From NCBI GenBank assembly GCA_041500865.1, contig JBGQMY010000001.1, forward strand, positions 1 through 64,000: 64,000 nt of DNA, in the 5' to 3' direction. This DNA is from Candidatus Micrarchaeia archaeon (lineage in GTDB: Archaea > Micrarchaeota > Micrarchaeia > Anstonellales > J096). Under the pieces are notes generated by a model that saw only the letters and a program-made list of their open reading frames with translations, was not told where the DNA came from and searched no databases. Shown one piece after another: positions 56,940 through 64,000 of the stretch (positions within the stretch are counted from its first letter, which is position 1; every line of letters starts with the position of its first letter). Position numbers and translations under genes: made by a program.

Positions 56940-59732
56940 ATGCCTGGATTCAAGGACTTGGGCAACGCAACCTGGCTCATGGAAAAGGAAGGAATCATGC
57001 GGGTTCCTGCAGTCATAATCGGCACAAAGGCCTTGGTTGACGCCATGAGCAAGGACAGGACAATCGGCCAGCTCAGGAACATGGCATCATTGCCAGGAAT
57101 AGTCAAGAACGCAGTGCTTATGCCAGACGGCCACGAGGGCTACGGCTTCCCGATAGGCGGGGTTGCGGCTTTTGACAGCGAAGAAGGCATCGTTTCACCG
57201 GGCGGAATCGGATATGACATAAATTGTTTGCTTCCAAAAACGAGAATAACGAACGCGTATGGATATTATCGGAATATTGAAAACTATCAGTCTTACTTTT
57301 CAAAAAAATATGAAAAGAACGGGGTTTTATTGTTTGATGGAATGACAAGGATAAGTAGCGGAAGGAAATACGGAAATGCAACACATTACATGCACAAGAG
57401 ATATTCCGGAAAAATCTATGAGATAACTGCCATGGCCGGGAAGATAAAAGCTACGCCAGACCATCCCTTTATCACAAAAAAAGGGAAAATGCTGCCTGGG
57501 CATTTGAAAAGGAATGACTTCATACTATCCTATCCTTTTGAAGGCATCCGCTATAGAAGATATTGCAAAAATGAGGATGAACTGGCGATTTACGCCAAAC
57601 TTATAGGATATGCCACTGGAGACGGCAGCATAACATCAGGTAATGGCAAGAGAAGTGTCCGGTTCTATAGCAAATACAAGAATGACCTTGAAGATATATT
57701 AAGAGATATAGAAAAGCTGGGGTATAATGGAAGTATATTTGAAAGGACCAGAAAGCATGATATAAATGGAAAAAAATTTACATCAACATCATTTGAGCTT
57801 GTGGTATATGCTAAGAAATTTGCCGAAAAAATGCTGGAATTTGGCTGTATAGAGGGACTCAAAACAGAAAAGGATGTTAGGGTGCCCAAATGGATAATGA
57901 AAGCGCCGTTGTGGATAAAACGATTGTATCTTGCCGCATTTTTTGGCGCGGAGATGTCTTCGCCAAAAACGTCAAGCAAAACCGGATTTTATATGCCGCA
58001 GATCAGCCAAAATAAGATAAAGTCCAAGGAAGGGAGCCTCAGGCAATTTTTTAGCGATATTTCAGAGATGCTGGATGAATTTGGGGTCAAAACAAACAAG
58101 GTAAGCTTTGTCGAAAAGATAAAATCAAAAATCAGATTGAGGATTATTCTTGGCGGAAGCGAAAATGACATAGAAAGACTTTATTCAACCATAGGCTTTG
58201 AATATAATGAGGAAAGGATGTTCAAGGCGCTTGCGGCCATTCTTTATATACGGATGAAAAGGCTGCATCGGCAAAAAAGGGAAGAAACAAGGAAAATGGC
58301 GCAAAAATACAGGAAAGCCGGAATTGGTCTGAAAAATGTCCAGAAAAAACTTGTTTCAAAATGGGCAAATTCCAGATTCATAGAAAGGGCATATTATGAA
58401 AACGTTTCTCCAAGAGCGCCATTGGATATCCAAAGCTTTAATGAATTTGAAAATCACCAGAAAAAGATATACAAAAAATATGGCGCACTTGAAGATATAG
58501 TGTTGGACATCAAAACAAGCGAGTATTCTGGAAAAGTATATGACTTCAGTGTTGAGAAGATGCATAAATTTGTAGCTAATGGCATATTGGTATCAAACTG
58601 CGGCGTCCGCCTGCTCAAGACCGGGCTGGAAAAGGGCGAGGTTGAAGAAAAGAGGCGCGACATAATAGAGTCAATATTCCACGAGGTGCCAAGCGGCGTA
58701 GGCAGTGAAAGCGACAACAGGATGACGGTTGAATCGCTGGACAGCATCGCGGAGCTTGGGATGGACTGGGCAATTGACAACGGCTATGCAGAAAAATCCG
58801 AAAAAGGGAGGATAGAGGAATACGGCAGGATGGAAGGCGCAGAGCCGTCAAAGACGTCTGCGACTGCAAAGGCAAGGGGAAGGCGGCAGGTGGGAACGCT
58901 TGGCGCAGGCAACCATTTCCTTGAAATCCAATACGTTGAAAAAATCCTGTATCCGGAGATTGCAAAGAAATTCGGGCTTCATGAAAATCAGGTGGTCATG
59001 ATGATCCACACGGGCTCAAGGGGATATGGCCACCAGATAGCGTCAGATTACATAAACGCGATAATGAGGGAAGGCCTGCCAAAAGGCATCCCCGACCCGG
59101 AGCTTGCATACGCAAAACTGGGAAGCAAGGTTGCGGACGATTACCTTTCGGCAATGAAGTGCGCGGTCAATTTCGCGTTCGTGAACAGGCAGATGATAAC
59201 GCACAACGTGAGGAATGCGTTCAACAAGGTATTCGGCAACGTTGAGCTGGAGCTGCTTTACGACGTGGCGCACAATATAGGGAAATACGAGAAGCACAGC
59301 GTTGACGGGAAAAACAGGGAGCTGTTCATACACAGGAAAGGCGCTACAAGGGCGTTCCCGGCAGGCAGGGAAGAGCTCCCTTCAATATACAGGGAAACCG
59401 GCCAGCCTGTCATAATCCCAGGCTCAATGGGCACCGCAAGCTACGTGCTGGTCGGCGAGCAGAAAGGGCTGGACGTAAGCTTTGGCTCAACGTGCCATGG
59501 CGCAGGAAGGGCGCTGAGCAGGCATGCGGCGATACGGGAGTTCAAGAGCGACAATATAATAAAGCAGCTTGCGAAAAACGACATCTATTTCAGGTCGGAT
59601 TCCAAAACCGCGGCATCGGAGGAGGCGCCTGGCGCGTACAAGGACATTGACGAGATAGTAAAATCGGTGGAATTGGCAGGCATAAGCAGGATTGTCGCAA
59701 GGCTGAGGCCGATTGGCGTTGTGAAAGGCTAA
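56940..59732 (+). CDS. rtcB: RNA-splicing ligase RtcB (intein-containing)
   Basis: MPDGHEGYGFPIGGV, GYDIN/CGVR, GAGNHFLE, HTGSRG, HN, HRKGAT, PGSMG, HGAGR, EAPGAYK. Confidence 0.97.
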   Translation: MPGFKDLGNATWLMEKEGIMRVPAVIIGTKALVDAMSKDRTIGQLRNMASLPGIVKNAVLMPDGHEGYGFPIGGVAAFDSEEGIVSPGGIGYDINCLLPKTRITNAYGYYRNIENYQSYFSKKYEKNGVLLFDGMTRISSGRKYGNATHYMHKRYSGKIYEITAMAGKIKATPDHPFITKKGKMLPGHLKRNDFILSYPFEGIRYRRYCKNEDELAIYAKLIGYATGDGSITSGNGKRSVRFYSKYKNDLEDILRDIEKLGYNGSIFERTRKHDINGKKFTSTSFELVVYAKKFAEKMLEFGCIEGLKTEKDVRVPKWIMKAPLWIKRLYLAAFFGAEMSSPKTSSKTGFYMPQISQNKIKSKEGSLRQFFSDISEMLDEFGVKTNKVSFVEKIKSKIRLRIILGGSENDIERLYSTIGFEYNEERMFKALAAILYIRMKRLHRQKREETRKMAQKYRKAGIGLKNVQKKLVSKWANSRFIERAYYENVSPRAPLDIQSFNEFENHQKKIYKKYGALEDIVLDIKTSEYSGKVYDFSVEKMHKFVANGILVSNCGVRLLKTGLEKGEVEEKRRDIIESIFHEVPSGVGSESDNRMTVESLDSIAELGMDWAIDNGYAEKSEKGRIEEYGRMEGAEPSKTSATAKARGRRQVGTLGAGNHFLEIQYVEKILYPEIAKKFGLHENQVVMMIHTGSRGYGHQIASDYINAIMREGLPKGIPDPELAYAKLGSKVADDYLSAMKCAVNFAFVNRQMITHNVRNAFNKVFGNVELELLYDVAHNIGKYEKHSVDGKNRELFIHRKGATRAFPAGREELPSIYRETGQPVIIPGSMGTASYVLVGEQKGLDVSFGSTCHGAGRALSRHAAIREFKSDNIIKQLAKNDIYFRSDSKTAASEEAPGAYKDIDEIVKSVELAGISRIVARLRPIGVVKG
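57225..58598 (+). mobile_element. Intein with LAGLIDADG homing endonuclease (458 aa) in rtcB
   Basis: C1 CLLPKTRI, TPDHPF block B, LIGYATGDG, VYDFSV...FVANGILVSN then +1 Cys; visibly AT-richer than exteins. Confidence 0.93.
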
Positions 59733-59735
59733 AAA

Positions 59736-62700
59736 TCAAAACGTTAGTTTGAAATACACGCTTACACCCCAGTTGTTGGGATTGAGCCTCTGCCTGGACA
59801 TGTAGTTCCATGACCAGATGTCAGTACTGTAATACGGCAGCGGGCCTGTGCCCCCTGCAACGCCTATGCCCCATTCGTTCGGCAGCCTCGTGTGGGTGTA
59901 TTCCGCCCCAAGGCCTATATAATCCCTGGCATCCATGTACCTTCCATAAGTCAGGTGGAACTGGAGCTTGCCTCCGACCTGGTTGACGTCAACCCAGGCG
60001 CGGTCCAGCCCGGCCGTCACCGACCAGTCCTTTTCCGTCTGAAAGGTGTCAGGCGCGATTATCAGCTTATGACGTTTCCTGTCAGCAAACACATACCATG
60101 CAGTTGCTGCATGCTCTACAAGCGTGGGCGCCTCTACAGTCGTCCCGGTTATTATTACTTGCCACTCGTTCAGCTCCGCGTCGTTCATCCTCTTGGTTCC
60201 TCCGACTAGCCCCAGTATGATGTCGGACTTTGCGGTCCTGCTCTGGTCGTCATTCTGCCTCAGGAATTTCCAAAGCAGCTGCCCGCTGCCGCCCCTTGTC
60301 GCAACAGCGGTTCCGGACACGTTCTGGTCGACCATGAGCGTAGGCCCGCCCAGAACCCTGAACCGGTCCTTCAGGCCGCCGCCCAGGAACAGGTCCGGGT
60401 AGAACTCGCCCTGCGTGCCCCTCAGCGTTGAGGTGATGCCCTCAAGCCAGCCTTTGACATTCTGGTTTGCGTCGCTGAAGAATAAATATCCTCTCATGCT
60501 CGCGCTCCTTGCCTCAAGGTCCGTTGCCCCGACAAGGTAGAACTTGCCGTCAACCCCCATGCCAAGCGCGTAGTTCTGCACATCCTTGGACTTGAGCTGG
60601 TCAGCGACTTCCTGGATTGCTGCTTTGTATATTATCGCAGCTTCTTGGGGATTTAGCGTCGCCTGCTCTTCTGCATTCGTGATGGTCTGGTTTATGCCGT
60701 TCATCCATTGCGGCACCTTCTCGCCTGCGGCGAGCATGTTGAACCTGTGGGCCCAGACAATCAGGGTCGCCATCCCGTATCCCTGCTGCTCAAGGTCGCC
60801 CATCTGGTCCCTGACCATTGAATACATGTAGGTTCCGGAAACGAACGCCCCTGTGTTTTGCGCGTCGTTCCTCTTCCAGCCATAGACGTTGGTGAGGAAA
60901 TTGGACATGTTTGACTGCAGCCCAAGCAGCTGCGTCTCGTCTATTCCGCTGTAAACGAGCGTTCCGCCAAGGCCGCTGAGGCCGGCCATTTTCTCTGTCT
61001 TTACCTGCAGGCCGCCCACATTGCTTCCTCCCAATACCGCTATTACTGCAGCGGACTTTGAGATCTCAGCAGGCACATACCTGTACTTTAGCTCAATGTT
61101 GAAGTTGTATTGCTCATTCCCTATGGAGGTTCTCCTGTACGTGCCGATTACCGCGTCGTCCTTGTTGAACACGTTTGACTTGGACAGGCTTGCCGCCTGC
61201 TCGTTGGCCACCGTGCTCAGGCTGTTCCCGTTCCTAAGGACTATCTGGTTCCATAGGCCTGAGGCTGCGACAGTCCCTGCAGTGAAGCCCACAGCGGCAC
61301 CGTTGAATGGCGCGTCCTTGTCCGGTATGTACGTTTTCAGGCTCGCAAGCACGTTGGTTGCGTTCGCCTCGCCGAACTGGTAGTTCATCAGCTTGTCCCT
61401 TGTGTCGGTGCCCATCCTGACCTCGTAGGCATCGCCGCCCTTTGTGACCCAGTACCAGCCCTCCTTTGTCCTTGAGTCCTTGTCATACGGGGAAAGCCCC
61501 CAGTTGCCCGTGAAATACGTAAGCATGTCCCCTTTGTCCTTTGCGACAGGGGCGAAAAGCCTGGCTGCCTCGGTTGCCATGTTCCTTTCCTCATAGGTTC
61601 CGGCTGCCGTTGCCGTGTTGACGTTGAAGCCCATGTTGACCTTGCTGGCGTCAATGTCATGTGTCATGATGAAATTGTCGCCGGTCTTGCCGCCAGTCAC
61701 TTCCGTTGTCACTCCGCCGCCGGCGCCGGTCTTTGCCACGCCCCTTGCGCCGACCTCGACGTACCTGTTCGCGGCCCCGAACCCGCCCTCCATGGAGCCG
61801 CCTATCCAGTCATTGTAATACTGTTCGTTGCCGTACCTTTTCGCGAATATCTTGTTCAGTTCCGTTATCAACGTATTGACATGCGCCCTCTCTATCCGGG
61901 CCATCTGCGGTACAGGCGGCCTGAAGTTGTTTCCTGGCGGGTTTAGCTCCGCATTGAGCCTGTTGTATATGTCAAAGGCGCCTTGCATCAGCAAAGGCAT
62001 GGACCAGGAGAAGTAGCCGTTGTGGTAGTTCGCCTGGTTCGGCATGAGGCTCAGCGTCCTGTACTGCATAGGCACGTTGAGCATCGGGAAATAACTCCCC
62101 ATCTTCGTCATCTCAGACTGTTTCACGTCATAATAATACGGGCTCTCGTACGTCCTTGTCTTGTTCCAGATGTCATAGAAGAGGTCCTTGTGCGTGACGT
62201 TCGCCACCGGTATTCTTGGAAGGTCAGCGGAGATGGCTCTGAACCTCGAAAGCATGTTCTCCCTTTCTGTCATGTTGAAGACATTTTTGCTGAGCCTGGT
62301 CTGCAGTTGGGCGCCGAATGTCGCGAAAAACAGCTGCACGTCGGTGTCTGCATTGGACAGCTGGGCAAACGCCGGAACGACGTAATGCAGGTATCCTGCA
62401 ATTAGGTACGGGTCCCTGGTTGAAAGCGTCATTATGTTCTCCATGAGCCCAGCATATGTCTTGGTGTCCGTTAGGCCCTTTGCCTCCAGGGCGTCGAGCG
62501 CGCCTCCAAGGAGCTTTACGTCCATGAGCGTCATTATTGAGAATGCCTTGTCAATCGCCAATGCCTTTGACGAAAGCGAGTCCTCTGTCATGCCGCCTGT
62601 GCCCTGGTAGTAATTCATTACCTTGGACTTCAGGGCCTGGAACCTGCTCTTGTCGGATGAAAGCGCGTCGTAGTTCTGCGATATCCACTTGCCGAGCTGG

Positions 62701-63893
62701 ACGGGATTAGATATTCCAAGCGCATCGCCGAGCGTTTGGAAGTCTATCCACTTTCCCATTGTCCTGTAGCTTCCATTGAAGACTGCATTGTAGTCGTTGA
62801 GCGCGTCATTGAACGTGCTCTTTTGCGCGGTGGACGCGCTGAGCGACATGAGCACCTCGCCCTTCAGTGGGTCTATCTTCCTAAGGGCGTCCACCGCGCC
62901 AGCAGATTTTTGGCGGCCGTAGAAGTCCGGCCTGAACAGGTATTTCCATTCATCGAAAATGCCTGCTTTGTCCAGATAGTATTTTATCATGCCAAGGTAC
63001 AGCTTGTTTGCATCCGAAGACATCTTCATGCCCGAATAGATGTTGTAGGACCTGTCGAAGTTTGCCTTGTATTTCTCGTCCGTGGTGGAGACATATAGCG
63101 TGAAATTCTTCATCATGTTGGAAATGTCGTTTATCTTGTCCTGGTTCAGCATCCCTGTGTAAAACGAGACCATGGACGTCTTCGTGTCATTGTAGTTTTT
63201 TTCTCCGGATTCGTAGGCCTTTCTCATGCCGTCTATCGCCGTTTCGGCGCTGGCCGCATAATTGAATATCATTGCCGATAGGTCCTTGTCGCCCATGGAC
63301 TCAACTTTCTTGGAGTACGCCTGCAGGTCGACAAGTATGTCGTGTATCTTTGCCACTGTGTTCTTGACCCTGGTTGTGTCGGCAGGAGTCGTGCCTTCCT
63401 TCGGGAAAAGCTTCTGCGCCGCTTTTTTTGCCACCACCTCGGAGGACATGACGTTCGCGAAATCGGGGCCGTATTTTTCCCTTACGGCGTCTGGATTGGA
63501 GACGACGCTGTCCCTTGCATACTGGATGGCGTCAAGGAAGTCTGCCCTTGAGAACCTGCCTGCCTTCTTCACGTACGCTTCCCTGAGCTCAGAATAGACA
63601 TTCGGCTGGGAGGGCTTGGCCAGCTCCGACGGGCCGTACTTGTCGGCAAAGGACTTTATCGCCTTGTCCGCCTTTGCCTTGTTTTCGGCGCCGCCTTTCA
63701 TGACGAAAGATTCAAAGGCCTTGAAGACTGCTTCCCTGTCCTTCTCAATGCCCTTTTCCACTGCAACAGCGTTCTTGGATGTATCGCCCATGTTTTCACC
63801 GGCCGTTTTGAACTTCGCATAGGCCGGCCCTAATGCCAGCCCTGCAACAATGCTACTGTATATGATAGCTTTTTTAAAGTCAATGTGAGCCAT
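59736..63893 (-). CDS. Large secreted protein; helical N-half, beta-strand-rich C-half (putative beta-barrel)
   Basis: Signal peptide ...LALGPAYA; Gly/aromatic alternating strands; ends WGVSVYFKLTF. Confidence 0.65.
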   Translation of the reverse strand: MAHIDFKKAIIYSSIVAGLALGPAYAKFKTAGENMGDTSKNAVAVEKGIEKDREAVFKAFESFVMKGGAENKAKADKAIKSFADKYGPSELAKPSQPNVYSELREAYVKKAGRFSRADFLDAIQYARDSVVSNPDAVREKYGPDFANVMSSEVVAKKAAQKLFPKEGTTPADTTRVKNTVAKIHDILVDLQAYSKKVESMGDKDLSAMIFNYAASAETAIDGMRKAYESGEKNYNDTKTSMVSFYTGMLNQDKINDISNMMKNFTLYVSTTDEKYKANFDRSYNIYSGMKMSSDANKLYLGMIKYYLDKAGIFDEWKYLFRPDFYGRQKSAGAVDALRKIDPLKGEVLMSLSASTAQKSTFNDALNDYNAVFNGSYRTMGKWIDFQTLGDALGISNPVQLGKWISQNYDALSSDKSRFQALKSKVMNYYQGTGGMTEDSLSSKALAIDKAFSIMTLMDVKLLGGALDALEAKGLTDTKTYAGLMENIMTLSTRDPYLIAGYLHYVVPAFAQLSNADTDVQLFFATFGAQLQTRLSKNVFNMTERENMLSRFRAISADLPRIPVANVTHKDLFYDIWNKTRTYESPYYYDVKQSEMTKMGSYFPMLNVPMQYRTLSLMPNQANYHNGYFSWSMPLLMQGAFDIYNRLNAELNPPGNNFRPPVPQMARIERAHVNTLITELNKIFAKRYGNEQYYNDWIGGSMEGGFGAANRYVEVGARGVAKTGAGGGVTTEVTGGKTGDNFIMTHDIDASKVNMGFNVNTATAAGTYEERNMATEAARLFAPVAKDKGDMLTYFTGNWGLSPYDKDSRTKEGWYWVTKGGDAYEVRMGTDTRDKLMNYQFGEANATNVLASLKTYIPDKDAPFNGAAVGFTAGTVAASGLWNQIVLRNGNSLSTVANEQAASLSKSNVFNKDDAVIGTYRRTSIGNEQYNFNIELKYRYVPAEISKSAAVIAVLGGSNVGGLQVKTEKMAGLSGLGGTLVYSGIDETQLLGLQSNMSNFLTNVYGWKRNDAQNTGAFVSGTYMYSMVRDQMGDLEQQGYGMATLIVWAHRFNMLAAGEKVPQWMNGINQTITNAEEQATLNPQEAAIIYKAAIQEVADQLKSKDVQNYALGMGVDGKFYLVGATDLEARSASMRGYLFFSDANQNVKGWLEGITSTLRGTQGEFYPDLFLGGGLKDRFRVLGGPTLMVDQNVSGTAVATRGGSGQLLWKFLRQNDDQSRTAKSDIILGLVGGTKRMNDAELNEWQVIITGTTVEAPTLVEHAATAWYVFADRKRHKLIIAPDTFQTEKDWSVTAGLDRAWVDVNQVGGKLQFHLTYGRYMDARDYIGLGAEYTHTRLPNEWGIGVAGGTGPLPYYSTDIWSWNYMSRQRLNPNNWGVSVYFKLTF

Positions 63894-64000
63894 AAATAAT
63901 AGAATATAGATATAATAAGGTTTTTAAATAGTGTCTCAACGTGGATAAATGTATCAAACAGAAACATGAATAGTGGCAACAAAAGTTTAAAATGTTATAT

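Overview
Gene-dense archaeal chromosome segment. The rpl7ae-rps28e-rpl24e-ndk cluster, GINS, Nop5, RtcB with an intein and TATA-box promoters about 25 nt before start codons indicate an archaeon; the gene mix suggests a DPANN lineage, possibly Micrarchaeota-like (inference). Housekeeping content: glmS, tRNA-Asn, dUTPase/dCTP deaminase, bacterial-type metK, mnmA and uppP, a classical MVD-PMK-MVK mevalonate operon, and ars and cop metal loci. Most notable: (1) an operon of six tandem paralogous CedA/VirB6-like membrane proteins (6767-14363); (2) eleven ankyrin-repeat genes, ten sharing a C-terminal G-x(n)-F-x3-F-x2-C tail and most a basic disordered N-terminus, which together with (1) suggests an undescribed T4SS-like host-contact/effector system; (3) a 1385-aa secreted protein whose C-terminal half resembles a large beta-barrel ending in terminal Phe; (4) a canonical box C/D sRNA (6598-6653) predicted to guide 16S C1402 and the anti-SD tail; (5) a 4100-bp restriction-modification + PIN cassette bracketed by a perfect 43-bp duplication of the nop5 5' end, with a composition break at the NPPY motif. 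No CRISPR array, rRNA, transposase or integrase was seen. All functional calls rest on motif recognition by eye; no searches were run.
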